IMG/VR virus record: IMGVR_UViG_3300042539_001740 | Strand: one strand, 5' to 3' | Length of the DNA: 64,000 bases | Source: a virus | Lineage: Duplodnaviria; Caudoviricetes | Shown: piece by piece, positions 1 through 10,466 of the stretch | Position numbering within the stretch: position 1 is the stretch's first letter | Layout: each line of letters opens with the position of its first letter | Position numbers and translations under genes: made by a program | Notes under the pieces: generated by a model | The model's database searches: none | What the model was told of the DNA's origin: nothing | The model's input: only the letters and a program-made list of their open reading frames with translations

Positions 1-643
1 TACCCTTGATGTTTTGTTTTTCCCAATATTCTGAGTGAACTTTATCACCTTTTACCTCACCATCCTTTGGAGTTGGTATATCCATAGTAGAACATAATAA
101 ATCGAGTGACCCAATTGAAGAATATGCCCCATATTGCCAAATTTCTTTGGTATCAATTGCTTTGATTTCCCAAGGTTTTGTATCATATGATGGAAGAAGT
201 GCCGGAGGCATCAATCCATTAATAATCATACGTTTTGCCAACATTGGGATATCAAAGTTTTTCAAATTATGTCCACACAACCAAAAATCTAACTTTGCAC
301 ATTTGTTTAATAAACCTTGAACATCTTTCAACAATTGATGTTCATTATCATTTGAAAATGTTTGTTTTCTAACAGACCCATCATCTAAAACAAATGCAAA
401 ACTAACACAAATAATTTTTGCAAATTCAGGAACTAAACCAGCTCTACTTGAAAATACAATATTTTTTTGGTCTTCTTTAATTTCGTTATCTTCAGGAAAC
501 CTTTTCAAGAACCAATCAAAATATTTGTCAAATTGGTCAGCCACAGATGGGTTTAAATTAGAACACACATCATAGTTGGGACAACCCCCAACTGTTTCAA
601 TGTCCATAAATAAAATCTTAGTAATTGGTTGTTTGATTAACAT
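1..643 (-). CDS. 3'-5' exonuclease (DnaQ/PolB-exonuclease-like), 3' end runs off the window
   Basis: Manual translation from ATG at 643: MLIKQPITKILFMDIETVGG...LCGHNLKNFDIPMLAKR...IDTKEIW. ExoI (DIET) and ExoII (GHNxxxFD) motifs are present. Not in the supplied ORF track because it is truncated. Confidence 0.85.
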   Translation of the reverse strand, partial: MLIKQPITKILFMDIETVGGCPNYDVCSNLNPSVADQFDKYFDWFLKRFPEDNEIKEDQKNIVFSSRAGLVPEFAKIICVSFAFVLDDGSVRKQTFSNDNEHQLLKDVQGLLNKCAKLDFWLCGHNLKNFDIPMLAKRMIINGLMPPALLPSYDTKPWEIKAIDTKEIWQYGAYSSIGSLDLLCSTMDIPTPKDGEVKGDKVHSEYWEKQNIKG

Positions 644-649
644 ATATTT

Positions 650-1864
650 TTATTTAATTAGTGATTTGTACCATTGAGCTCTATCTCTTGTAACATTTCT
701 TAAATCATATTTGTCTTTGACTGACTCATATAATCTCTCACCCAAATCTACGATTAAATTCGGATTATTTACAAGAAATTTAATATTTTTTGCCCAATCA
801 CTATGATTTCTTTCTTCCTTAACTAACAAAGCATTTCCATCAGTAAAATTACCAAAACTTAAAGCGTGTTTGAGGTCAATTGTATAAGGTCCTACTTCAG
901 ATGCAATTAATGCTTTTTTATAAAAACCAGCCTCAATAACTTTCAGTTGAGATTTTACTCTATTGAATATATGGTTTTTGATTGGTGCCATTGATATATC
1001 AAACTTTGAATAGTTAGTTGCATAAGTATTGATTGGTTTAGTCCAAACTCGTCTATATGGTAAATCACTTATATTTGGGTATTCTTCTTCTTTAAACTGA
1101 AGTAAAAATTGTTTGTAGTTATCATCAATTGTACCATATTTATTCGTGAAAATTTCTTCATATCTCGCCCAAACTGTTTCGTCAGGGTTGATTGGTCTTT
1201 GTTTCTTTTCACCTGTTTGTTGGTTTATTTCAGTAATTGTACCTCTTGTATCAAAACCACACAACACATATTGTACCTTATCCTTCAAAGATATATTCTT
1301 TGAGACAAATCCCTCTAACAATTTCAAGTCATGTAAGTGAGATGAACCACCTAACCAACCAATTCTTATTCTATCTGATTTCTCAGTAGGTTGTTTAAAT
1401 TGACTTTCAGTTGGGTCGATTGCATTTGGGAAAATGACAACATTTCTATTTAATTTTTTGATTTCATCAGCAAAGATATTTGTAGTTGTAGTAACATAAC
1501 TTGCAACTTTTAAATTTGCCATAATTTTCTCATGGATTTTGTCTTGTACAATCAATGTATGAATTGGGTGCTCCTTTCCTGGTAACCAATAATCATCCAA
1601 ATCTACAATAACAACAATACCTATTGATTTCAAAAAATTAATAATACTTGGTGTATGTTCGTAACTATTACCAATATTCCTATGTATATGAACAATTTGA
1701 TATTGTTTCCAATAATTTACATCATTAATTCTAGGTTGATAATCAATATCCACGTGGAAGTCATCTGGATACATATTTTGTAACATTACATGGGGGTCTA
1801 CACTTCTGAATTTTCCAACTCCGGTCGTGTCTGAGGGGGTTACTAGAACTCTAATTTTTGACAT
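650..1864 (-). CDS. GT-B fold (GT4-like) glycosyltransferase
   Basis: DLDDYW, VTTTT, FPNAID, IGWLGGSSH and FDISMAPI..FNRVKSQLKVIEAG are motifs typical of phage and bacterial GT-B enzymes. Confidence 0.8.
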   Translation of the reverse strand: MSKIRVLVTPSDTTGVGKFRSVDPHVMLQNMYPDDFHVDIDYQPRINDVNYWKQYQIVHIHRNIGNSYEHTPSIINFLKSIGIVVIVDLDDYWLPGKEHPIHTLIVQDKIHEKIMANLKVASYVTTTTNIFADEIKKLNRNVVIFPNAIDPTESQFKQPTEKSDRIRIGWLGGSSHLHDLKLLEGFVSKNISLKDKVQYVLCGFDTRGTITEINQQTGEKKQRPINPDETVWARYEEIFTNKYGTIDDNYKQFLLQFKEEEYPNISDLPYRRVWTKPINTYATNYSKFDISMAPIKNHIFNRVKSQLKVIEAGFYKKALIASEVGPYTIDLKHALSFGNFTDGNALLVKEERNHSDWAKNIKFLVNNPNLIVDLGERLYESVKDKYDLRNVTRDRAQWYKSLIK

Positions 1865-2615
1865 ATTTTTTAATAATTTTGTTTAATTTTTTATCATCTG
1901 AGAATTCACGTTCCCAGATAACTTCTAAATTATAACCCATTTTTTTCAAATAATCAATTCTTAGTTTATCCTCGTCCCATATTTCTTTTGCTGTCTTTTT
2001 TTTGTGCGGGTGAAAATAATCAGATTTATATTTTTTGGGATTACAATGCCAATAATCACCATAAAATTCAATAATTAAATTGTATTTTTCAATAAAAATA
2101 TCACATATAAATCTATCAATAGACACAGTTCCTTTAGCATCTATTCCCCTATTTTTAATTTCACTCAACAATTTTTTTTCCAATTTAGACACACAACTTT
2201 GTTTTGGTGGATTTTCAGATATTTTTTTGGAAATTAAATCGAGTGTTTGTTTACTATGTTTTTTCCCATAAAAAGGATTTCCTTTACCTCTCTGTAATAA
2301 TAAACTACAAGATTTACAATTACTACTTTTTTTTATTGAGTTGTAATAATTACGACACAATACGGATTTATTTTTCGAGGTTTTTTGGAATTCGTTTTTA
2401 CACATCTTACACGTCCATGATAATGTAAATTTGTCACCAACTTCTTTTATTTTTAAACATTTACATCTATCTTTATACCTCGTTAGTTTGTGTTTTTTTA
2501 TTACAGCTAATATCGTAGGTTTAGATAACCCCACTTTACGTGAAATCATTACAGAACCCAACCCTTTTTTATATTCCTCTATTATAAATTTTTCAGTTTC
2601 AATGTCCATAATCAA
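1851..2615 (-). CDS. Free-standing putative homing endonuclease (HTH + Cys motifs + NUMOD3 + Vsr/DUF559-like nuclease)
   Basis: NUMOD3-like GKGNPFYGKKHSKQTLDLIS, and C-terminal FICDIFIEKYNLIIEFYGDYWHCNP...GYNLEVIWE (Vsr-like PD-(D/E)XK). Overlaps the GT start by 14 nt. Confidence 0.75.
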   Translation of the reverse strand: MIMDIETEKFIIEEYKKGLGSVMISRKVGLSKPTILAVIKKHKLTRYKDRCKCLKIKEVGDKFTLSWTCKMCKNEFQKTSKNKSVLCRNYYNSIKKSSNCKSCSLLLQRGKGNPFYGKKHSKQTLDLISKKISENPPKQSCVSKLEKKLLSEIKNRGIDAKGTVSIDRFICDIFIEKYNLIIEFYGDYWHCNPKKYKSDYFHPHKKKTAKEIWDEDKLRIDYLKKMGYNLEVIWEREFSDDKKLNKIIKKYVKN

Positions 2616-2671
2616 TATATTTTATATTATATAAATATAAACGTTATGTCAAAAGGAAAGTATTACCCTCT

Positions 2672-2718
2672 AAAAAAACGAAACCCCACAACTTGAATTT
2701 CTTCAGGGGATGTGGGGA
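2672..2718 (-). terminator. Rho-independent terminator
   Basis: ccccaca (2684-2690) / tgtgggg (2712-2718) stem followed by a U-tract on the minus strand, downstream of the 2742..3347 ORF. Confidence 0.65.
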
Positions 2719-2741
2719 ATAAGAATTATGAAAAAAATAAA

Positions 2742-3347
2742 TTATTTAACTTTTTTAATACGTGTTACTTTTCCTTCGAAAATGTGACTTCCAACTTTAA
2801 ATTGGAACATATCATTTGTTTTATTTGTACTTTCAACTAACAGACCATTTTCACCTAACACTTCTTCGATAGTTTCTCTAATTAAATCTTTTAGAACATT
2901 TTTATCCAAGTTGGATGTTACATTCTGTGATTTCGTTTCTTGTACAACTTTTTTTGGTTGGTATGGATTAACATTATTAGCAATGTCATTGTTCATTAAT
3001 CTTGCTGCTTTTTCAACCAATTCATTACTTAAAACTGAACCCCCACCACCCATATTGTTTGGTTGATTGATTGGATGTTCAATCATTAATCTTTTAATTT
3101 CATCAGGTAATTTAGATGATAGAATTCTATCCTTTGTATTTGTGTGTTGTGGTATTTGTTGTTTAGATTCATTAACACCCATAAATTCCTGAGGTATGTT
3201 GAATTTAGCTTGTGGTACGTCAAATTCTCTTACATTAGTATCAAAATTCATATTACCCCCACCATTTGTATTTCTAGGGGTCTGATTATGACGTTCCATA
3301 ATCTTTTTAGATATAGCTAATTTGTTCATTAAATCATTTTCGTTCAT
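2742..3347 (-). CDS. Hypothetical protein
   Basis: 201-aa ORF, co-oriented and tightly packed with neighbours, Asn/Gln-rich. Confidence 0.75.
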   Translation of the reverse strand: MNENDLMNKLAISKKIMERHNQTPRNTNGGGNMNFDTNVREFDVPQAKFNIPQEFMGVNESKQQIPQHTNTKDRILSSKLPDEIKRLMIEHPINQPNNMGGGGSVLSNELVEKAARLMNNDIANNVNPYQPKKVVQETKSQNVTSNLDKNVLKDLIRETIEEVLGENGLLVESTNKTNDMFQFKVGSHIFEGKVTRIKKVK

Positions 3348-3356
3348 ATAATATTT

Positions 3357-3740
3357 TTAATCAAATTTGGCATTTATTATAACTCTATTCATAGATTTGT
3401 CTCCACTTGGATTATAGTTGGGTCTAGGAGTTTCAAAATTATTTCCTGTTGGTGTTAATGACATAATCCTATCCAATCTAAAAAGTCGCCAACTTGGTAG
3501 TGGTTTTTCTCCTTTGAATCCTCTATGGGAAGCTCCCTCCAAATCCCAAGCTCTAAGAACTGGATTACCTTTTTTTGAATAACCAAAACATACGGGTTCG
3601 ATTTCTCTTAAACCACGTCCACCTGGTTCTTCTCCATCATAATAAATAATAACTCTATTTTTATTTCTAATTGAGTTAATTACGGATTCGATAGAAGCTA
3701 CTTCTAAAATAAGATTTTTGGTTATGTTGTAAAGTTTCAT
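3357..3740 (-). CDS. Stand-alone WYL-domain protein
   Basis: VIIYY...GLREIEPVCFG...LRAWD...WRLFRLDRIMSL is the WYL signature (R.I.P...(W/Y)L.A...R.FR.DRI). No HTH domain. Confidence 0.8.
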   Translation of the reverse strand: MKLYNITKNLILEVASIESVINSIRNKNRVIIYYDGEEPGGRGLREIEPVCFGYSKKGNPVLRAWDLEGASHRGFKGEKPLPSWRLFRLDRIMSLTPTGNNFETPRPNYNPSGDKSMNRVIINAKFD

Positions 3741-4033
3741 TACGCTGGTGGAGTTGTATAAGGTTTGTTTACTTGATACTCGTTCACTTTGATTTCATTT
3801 TTTCTTTCAACAATGTCAGTACGAGTTCCAATGTTTTGATTATAAACATCTAAGAAATTACCAGTACCTCTACCTTTTTCGTCACCATCAGATAAAGCAT
3901 TTGGATTAACTGAAGAATATTGATTATTCGTTGCATAATCATTTTTGGGAAAAAGTTTTTTTCTTTCAGCTTCAGCGATTCTTGACAACTCATTATCAGG
4001 TTGTGCAAAACTTAAAGGTTCTACTTGAGCCAT
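3740..4033 (-). CDS. Hypothetical protein
   Basis: 97-aa ORF, stop/start coupled to neighbours. Confidence 0.7.
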   Translation of the reverse strand: MAQVEPLSFAQPDNELSRIAEAERKKLFPKNDYATNNQYSSVNPNALSDGDEKGRGTGNFLDVYNQNIGTRTDIVERKNEIKVNEYQVNKPYTTPPA

Positions 4034-4034
4034 A

Positions 4035-4505
4035 TTAAATTAATTTTTTTATTAAATCATTTATCCTTTTAAGGTCTTCAGTTACTTGTAAATTATATTT
4101 TTCCAAGGTATTTGAATGACTTTTACTTGGTCTATTAGTTGTTGTGAGATTATTTTTTTGATGTGGTTGTATGTATTGATTTGGTAAAACAACTGATTTT
4201 ATTTCTTTTCCTAATGAAATATCATCTCTCATCGATTTCAACATATTATTTACCCAACCTTTAACATAGTGACCACCATTTAAAATAAAAGGTAAATCAT
4301 TCTGATGTCCGTTAAAATTATCAAAGAAGTTCTTCATTCTTTTGAGTTGTTGATATGTTACAAATCCGGTATCTCTGAGTTCTCTATTTCTTCTAAATCC
4401 TTCTGTACTTTCATCGGCACCAATAGCATTATCATTACATTGTTTAAGATAAACAATAACGTCTTCAGGTAATTCTATTTTTTTGCCGTATAAATCTTTA
4501 TTCAC
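4035..4505 (-). CDS. Hypothetical protein (possibly head-associated)
   Basis: 156-aa ORF in the operon. TYQQLKRMKNFF...NGG...W loosely resembles a helical domain I recall from phage head-associated proteins (weak). Confidence 0.65.
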   Translation of the reverse strand: MNKDLYGKKIELPEDVIVYLKQCNDNAIGADESTEGFRRNRELRDTGFVTYQQLKRMKNFFDNFNGHQNDLPFILNGGHYVKGWVNNMLKSMRDDISLGKEIKSVVLPNQYIQPHQKNNLTTTNRPSKSHSNTLEKYNLQVTEDLKRINDLIKKLI

Positions 4506-5298
4506 TTTTTTTCAAAACATTAATTAGTTTATTCAAACTTATACCTTCTTTTTTTGCTAATTTTTTGATACTTTCTAAGTTCTTAATTAAAATTTTAGAT
4601 AAACTATCAACTTTCTCAATAACTTCACCATCACTACCCCCCAACTTATTAGTTATAATATCTTCGACCATTTTAACCATTTTGTTTTTCTTTTCTTCTT
4701 CAATTTCTTTTTCGGTCAATCTTTGTTTTAATTTTCCTTTTCTTTTTTTTACATTTGGAATTTTACCTAGTTGTTTTGTTCTTTGAATTCTTTCTTCAGG
4801 GTCTTCCACACCCATCTTCTTAAAAGTTTTAAGTGTTTCTTTGAAATCCTTATTTTTAGTTTCTTCATATCCAAAAGCATCGGACATATTTTCTTCGTCA
4901 ATAACTTCACCATCTTTATTTTCACTTTCACCATAATAAACACGATATCCTCTTGTAACTGGGTCGTTTGATATTCTTGCAGCAACCACTGTTTGGTCCA
5001 TAGTTTTTTTAGGTGTAAGATACTGATTCAAAAAAGGAATCTTAGAACTTAAAAAAGTACCATCAGTGTCAATCAACTCATCTATTTCTTTTTTGGAATA
5101 TTTTTTTCTTGATTTGGTTATTTTTTCAACTTTACTGACAACATTTTTTAAGTTTTCTTTTTTAAATTTTTTCTTAGTTGGTTTTTTGTCTTCAGTTAAT
5201 AAATTGTAGGTTGTATAGGTCAACGAAAAGTTTTCCCCATCACCTTCGATAATGAAGTGATAATGGTCATTGAAATATTCTTTTCTGAATTTGTTCAT
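4498..5298 (-). CDS. Hypothetical Lys/Glu-rich protein
   Basis: 266-aa ORF preceded by the TATTTAT motif on the minus strand. Confidence 0.75.
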   Translation of the reverse strand: MNKFRKEYFNDHYHFIIEGDGENFSLTYTTYNLLTEDKKPTKKKFKKENLKNVVSKVEKITKSRKKYSKKEIDELIDTDGTFLSSKIPFLNQYLTPKKTMDQTVVAARISNDPVTRGYRVYYGESENKDGEVIDEENMSDAFGYEETKNKDFKETLKTFKKMGVEDPEERIQRTKQLGKIPNVKKRKGKLKQRLTEKEIEEEKKNKMVKMVEDIITNKLGGSDGEVIEKVDSLSKILIKNLESIKKLAKKEGISLNKLINVLKKSE

Positions 5299-5313
5299 TA
5301 GTAATTTTTCTTA

Positions 5314-5340
5314 ATAAATACTTCGTATCAAAGTATTTAT
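5314..5340. promoter_or_regulatory. Back-to-back TATTTAT motifs (ATAAATA-N13-TATTTAT) at a divergent junction; putative bidirectional late promoter
   Basis: ataaata 5314-5320 and tatttat 5334-5340 form a 10-bp inverted repeat (ataaatactt/aagtatttat) between divergent genes. Same geometry at 26388-26414. Confidence 0.6.
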
Positions 5341-5351
5341 TCTAAAAAAGA

Positions 5352-7502
5352 ATGTCATATCAAAACATAAATCAGTTTAACCCATCAAATTGGTTTTTGA
5401 AGCTATCATTGGAGACACAAGATATGTCTCTTACTTCTGATGAAGTAAATTTTAACCAAGAGGTTGTTTTTTCACCATATTTGATTGCTCAAACATATGG
5501 TAACAGATTACCTTTTTATTTTGATATTAATAGTACGGCATCCACTCAAAATTTAATTTTGACGTACAAAAATTATAATTTCAATAATGTTTTTATTTCT
5601 GAAAACTACTATAACCCAAAAAATGAAGTTTTAAGTTGTCAATTGTCAGGTTCATCTTGTGACATTGGTTTGACAGGAATTGACAATGGTTTGGTTACTG
5701 GTATGTCAGCACAAACTATTGTTTTCACAGATGGTCTATTGCCAAGTAATTTAGAATTCAACAGATTGTATTTTGATAGAAGATTGAAGTTACACCAAGT
5801 TACAGGATTTACATCTACCAACTTGAGATTTTCAGGTTTCGATAAAAATATTTTGTATGAAGTTGTAAGTAAGGAAAGTCCATATGTCGGAAGATACCAC
5901 GAATTATATGGTGGGTTTTATCAAGGTTTTTATAAGTTATTTGGTTACGACTACAATATTTTCCCTGAACGAATGAACAAGGGATGGGCTGTTGAATTAC
6001 TTTTGAAACCAAGATTAACAAATGAGTTTTCAGGTACAACTGGTGAAACAACCCTAAATGAAATATATCCAAACAATAAAAATATATTCTTTTACATAGG
6101 AACAAGAGCCGAAAACAAATTCTATCACCACGCAGATGGAAGTCCTATTTGTGATTCAGGTTATACAAGAGTAACATCAGGTTTAACTAAACTTCAAACT
6201 TGTGCTTGTTGTAATTACAACATTACAAATAGTAGATGTATATATGTTTATCCCCCTCGTTCAGTAAATGGTGTACACGACCCTCATGTCAATTACGGAT
6301 GTGATAAGTGTGGTGGTCACCCTGAAACAAAGATTAGTTGTGGTTGTGGATGTAATGAGTTGGCTTGTCAAACTTGTGGATGGGAATGTCAAACACATAC
6401 TTGTGATGTTACTATACCAGTAACTCCGACACCTACACCAACACCAAGTCCAACACCATCTTGTAATCCTTTCCCACCACAAACAACTTGTACACCTACT
6501 TGTACAAATTGTAATGATTGTTCGTCTTGTAATGATTGTACGACATCAGGGTTTACATCTATTGAGGACACTTGCGAGAAGAATCCATTGTTGGATACAA
6601 TGTCGAATGCTTTGGCCATAAAATTATGTGGTGACCCTAAGAATCCTGGTATTGGGATTAGATTTTTAAGATTTACAGGTGGATGTGAAACTACGGGTAC
6701 TTGTACAACTGGTATTACATATACAACTGGTTATACAATAACAGAAATATGTACACCACCGATATATCCAACTTGTTTACAAGTAAATCCTGCTTGGTTG
6801 GATTTGGAACATTGGTTTCAGGTTGATGTTGTTTGGGAAAGATATAATTTCTTGGATGAGTGTGATTTATATTGGAGAGGTGGATTGGGTGACATAACTA
6901 AAAAGTTATTTTTGGAGGGATTGGTAAATAATTCTGTATCGTTGATTGCTCCACCATACACAAGAAATGAAACTGCTTTACAAGTTGAGTTGATTAACTT
7001 GAATGAGAAGTGGTTACAAGAGGGTAAATATAGAAAAGGTAGGTTGAAGATTTATGTTAATGGTAAGATATTTTATACAATAGAGGACTTTGAGGAGATT
7101 ATACCTAGAGCTTTGAACACTGATAAAGAAAAACAAGTTGGTGTTCCATTTAATATATCTTGGGGTGGTGGTACACAAGGATTGAGGGAGAACTTAACAT
7201 TTACATCATTAAGTAATCCTGATGGTCCTTATCAACAAGACCCTGAATGTTTTCCAATTAATGATTTAAGTGGAACAACATTGAGTGGGTTAAATACAAA
7301 TATATTAATTGAACAAAACTTTGCTGGTACATTTGAGGGGGCAATATCTCAATTGAGAATGTATGTTACTCCATTATCAGCACCAGAAGTGAAACATAAC
7401 TTCAATTTGTTAAAAACTCAGTTTCAAATGTTTAATCCTGATTGTCCTGATTGTTCAACAATAGTTTGTGAACCTGATGATTTCACATTCACAATAAATT
7501 AA
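5352..7502 (+). CDS. Putative virion structural protein with Cys-rich segment, PT linker and possible LamG/ConA-like C-terminus
   Basis: 716 aa. Dense CxC/CxxC cluster, [12 protein letters not shown] linker, and C-terminal LKIYVNGKI...[20 protein letters not shown] resembling LamG. Confidence 0.6.
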   Translation: MSYQNINQFNPSNWFLKLSLETQDMSLTSDEVNFNQEVVFSPYLIAQTYGNRLPFYFDINSTASTQNLILTYKNYNFNNVFISENYYNPKNEVLSCQLSGSSCDIGLTGIDNGLVTGMSAQTIVFTDGLLPSNLEFNRLYFDRRLKLHQVTGFTSTNLRFSGFDKNILYEVVSKESPYVGRYHELYGGFYQGFYKLFGYDYNIFPERMNKGWAVELLLKPRLTNEFSGTTGETTLNEIYPNNKNIFFYIGTRAENKFYHHADGSPICDSGYTRVTSGLTKLQTCACCNYNITNSRCIYVYPPRSVNGVHDPHVNYGCDKCGGHPETKISCGCGCNELACQTCGWECQTHTCDVTIPVTPTPTPTPSPTPSCNPFPPQTTCTPTCTNCNDCSSCNDCTTSGFTSIEDTCEKNPLLDTMSNALAIKLCGDPKNPGIGIRFLRFTGGCETTGTCTTGITYTTGYTITEICTPPIYPTCLQVNPAWLDLEHWFQVDVVWERYNFLDECDLYWRGGLGDITKKLFLEGLVNNSVSLIAPPYTRNETALQVELINLNEKWLQEGKYRKGRLKIYVNGKIFYTIEDFEEIIPRALNTDKEKQVGVPFNISWGGGTQGLRENLTFTSLSNPDGPYQQDPECFPINDLSGTTLSGLNTNILIEQNFAGTFEGAISQLRMYVTPLSAPEVKHNFNLLKTQFQMFNPDCPDCSTIVCEPDDFTFTIN

Positions 7503-7519
7503 AAATATGTAATTATAGT

Positions 7520-8485
7520 ATGAGTCAATCAATAACAATTAGTAGTATAAATTATAGTGGGGAACAAACAAGTATTGTGTTTACACCACAAGGGACTACT
7601 AATGTGTTTAACTTGGGGGTTCAAACTCTACCTTACACATTTTCATCAAATACATTGACACCTCCACAAGAGATTTATGGGACTTATAGTATTTTATCAT
7701 TGAGTGGTGATTGTTTGAGTATTTTGAATGTACCAAGGCCAACACCAACCCCAACACCTACTATTACACCTACAAGGACTCAAACTCCAACTCCGACATC
7801 TACTGTCACACCAACACCGAGTTATGACCCTTGTAAAGTACCAACTCCGACACCAACAACGACACAAACACTTACACCGACACCAACGATATCTGTTACA
7901 CCAACAGTTACACCAAGTAGAAATCCTTGTGTAACTCCAAGTAAGACACCAACTGCGACACCTACACCTACTAAAACACCACCAACAACGGCAACACCAA
8001 CAGTTACACCTACTATAACACCGACTAATACACCAACGAATACGGTGACACCAACGACTACACCTACTACAACACCAACGGTGACACCTACGATTACACC
8101 AACATCAACTGTGACACCAACACCTTCAGTGAGTCCTTTAGGACCTGAATCACCAAAAATATATTATGGTAAGTTCAGTGGTTCGTCAATTACTTCAGGT
8201 GAAACGAGTGGATTAACTAGTGGTTATACAAGTAATCCTGTTAATAGTGCTGTTGTACTGCCAAGTGGTTCAAGTGGTGATTATGGATATATTTTAATAC
8301 CAACTGGTTTAACACAACCAAGTGAGTTTAGAGATAGTAGTGCGGGATGTTTAGGTAGTTTAATACCATTTAATAACATAGGTACGATAATTATAGTAGA
8401 CGCTAATGGGTTTAGCATAACATACAATGTATATAGGACATTCTTCCCATTTGTTGCAAGTGTGAGTGTGTGGTTATGTCCTTAA
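7520..8485 (+). CDS. Mucin-like Pro/Thr-repeat virion protein
   Basis: About 130 aa of [13 protein letters not shown] repeats between small beta-rich N- and C-terminal domains. Confidence 0.7.
   Translation: MSQSITISSINYSGEQTSIVFTPQGTTNVFNLGVQTLPYTFSSNTLTPPQEIYGTYSILSLSGDCLSILNVPRPTPTPTPTITPTRTQTPTPTSTVTPTPSYDPCKVPTPTPTTTQTLTPTPTISVTPTVTPSRNPCVTPSKTPTATPTPTKTPPTTATPTVTPTITPTNTPTNTVTPTTTPTTTPTVTPTITPTSTVTPTPSVSPLGPESPKIYYGKFSGSSITSGETSGLTSGYTSNPVNSAVVLPSGSSGDYGYILIPTGLTQPSEFRDSSAGCLGSLIPFNNIGTIIIVDANGFSITYNVYRTFFPFVASVSVWLCP
7736..8130 (+). repeat. Degenerate tandem repeats encoding Pro-Thr mucin-like tract
   Basis: Repeated acaccaac/acacctac units; protein [15 protein letters not shown]. 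Confidence 0.85.
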
Positions 8486-8498
8486 AAATTAAATAATA

Positions 8499-9629
8499 AT
8501 GGGTTCATTTAGTTTATCAGGGGGTGTTGAGGTTTTTGGTTTTATTTCTCCGAGTGATACAACGGATACATATCCGGTGATAGACCCCTTATATGGTATT
8601 GATGGATTAAGAAATGTTGATTTATTAAGTGATTTAAATAACATACCAACTTTGAGAAGAAGAGCTGGTATGGTTGTGGGTATAGGTGGAGGTACGACCT
8701 ATTATAAATTAAACTTACCACCTTGGACAAATACATTATCTGATTGGTCTATTTTTAATTCAGGTGGTGGTAGTGGAACATTTACTGGTGGTACTGTGTC
8801 AGGTGCGACTATTTTTTTGGATGGACTAACAGCAAATACAATAAGTGGAGGAACTTTTTTTGGGGATGGAAGTGGTTTAAGTGGATTGACTGATACATAT
8901 GTGACTGGTGCAACATTTAGTGGAACATCGTTAATCATTTCCCAAAATGAGAATCAACCCAACATAACAGCAACTTTATCATCAATATCATTATCTGGTG
9001 CATTATCTTCAATAACATTCAATATTGTTTCAACAGCAGGAATTTCGGCTTCAACAATATCTGCAACAACATATCAAAATTTACCACGAGATGTTTTTGT
9101 AACTGGCGGTACATTTAGTGGTGGAAGTATTGTTTTTACAAATAATACTGGGGGAACATTCAATGTTTCAGGTATTTCTTCTTTTGATACATTTGTTACT
9201 GGATTTACATATTCTAATAATACATTCACAATATCAAGGAATAGTGGTTCAACTCTAACCGCAAGTATTAATAGTGTCACAGGTTGGACAGTAAATGGTA
9301 ATACAAGTATTACTGGGAATTTAATTGTAACGGGAACATCCGCTTTGAATGGTACTATTTCTTCATCAGGATTGGCTGGTTCAACAGATAGAATGGTTCA
9401 AGTTAATTCAGGTGGTACTATTTCAGCAAGTGCCGATATTATACCAGCATATATAACTTCAGGTGGAACTATTGCCAATTTATTAGATGACACAAATAAT
9501 TGGGATATAAATGGAAATTACATTGGGTCAATTATAACGGGAACATTTCAAGGACAAAAACATTACAATAACAATTATTTTTTTGAAGCAGTTGCTGATA
9601 ATCTCTTTATTAGATTTATTAGAGGATAA
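8499..9629 (+). CDS. Putative tail-fibre/appendage protein
   Basis: Gly/Thr/Ser-rich. N-terminal IPTLRRRAGMVV motif is shared with 17899 (RRKQGMLV), and VTGGTF / TISATTYQNLP modules are shared with 11265 and 17899. Confidence 0.65.
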   Translation: MGSFSLSGGVEVFGFISPSDTTDTYPVIDPLYGIDGLRNVDLLSDLNNIPTLRRRAGMVVGIGGGTTYYKLNLPPWTNTLSDWSIFNSGGGSGTFTGGTVSGATIFLDGLTANTISGGTFFGDGSGLSGLTDTYVTGATFSGTSLIISQNENQPNITATLSSISLSGALSSITFNIVSTAGISASTISATTYQNLPRDVFVTGGTFSGGSIVFTNNTGGTFNVSGISSFDTFVTGFTYSNNTFTISRNSGSTLTASINSVTGWTVNGNTSITGNLIVTGTSALNGTISSSGLAGSTDRMVQVNSGGTISASADIIPAYITSGGTIANLLDDTNNWDINGNYIGSIITGTFQGQKHYNNNYFFEAVADNLFIRFIRG

Positions 9630-10465
9630 TGATTGTAAAATATGGAAATAATGTTACAAGTTTTAATAATAGGTTTCTTAATTTTCAAAGTGTAATTACC
9701 CAACCCTATTTGCAATTAAATACAATTGCCACTTATCTTCGTAATTATATGTCGGATTTTAGAAATCCAAGTTTTTATACATATAGATTGGATGGTACTG
9801 GATTTTACATATTAGATGGAGGTGGTGATATGTTTGACCAAGGAAATATTACAACACCTTGGTTATCAACCGGACTTTCTTATACAGGAAGTGCTGCTTA
9901 TTCACTTGCTGCTTATCCATCTGCAATTACTTATACAAATTCAGCAACAACAATAATTGACACTGATTTTTACTATATTTCATTAGGTTACACACAATAT
10001 ACCACAACTCAAGACCCAACCTATCTCCCTTTAACTATTATAGGTACTAGAAGTAATTCAGGAAAACCTATTGGGTGGCAAATCGGTGGAAATTCAGGTG
10101 CTGATGGTGGTGGTACATTAGCATCAGGATTAATTTATAACGGAACAATTTTAAGTGGATTCACAACATACGCATTTTTTAGGGAAACATATAACACCAC
10201 AGACCCTTCACATTGTAATTTATACATTTTATTGGGACATAGTAATTGGGGTTCCGTATTTGGTAATGCAATTAATTATGCGGCACAACCAGTTAATTTG
10301 GGTGGTTGTGGTGGATTTCTATATACATCAGGTGCAACGACATCAAACATATTATCAATACAAACTTTATTAAGTAAAAATAATGGGGTATTAGTTACAT
10401 CAGGAGAATGTCAAACTGTGGTTCAAAACTTTGTGATAAGAATAAAAGAAGCATTAAACTATTAA
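9629..10465 (+). CDS. Putative virion appendage protein
   Basis: 278 aa, beta-rich, translationally coupled within the fibre locus. Confidence 0.6.
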   Translation: MIVKYGNNVTSFNNRFLNFQSVITQPYLQLNTIATYLRNYMSDFRNPSFYTYRLDGTGFYILDGGGDMFDQGNITTPWLSTGLSYTGSAAYSLAAYPSAITYTNSATTIIDTDFYYISLGYTQYTTTQDPTYLPLTIIGTRSNSGKPIGWQIGGNSGADGGGTLASGLIYNGTILSGFTTYAFFRETYNTTDPSHCNLYILLGHSNWGSVFGNAINYAAQPVNLGGCGGFLYTSGATTSNILSIQTLLSKNNGVLVTSGECQTVVQNFVIRIKEALNY

Positions 10466-10466
10466 T

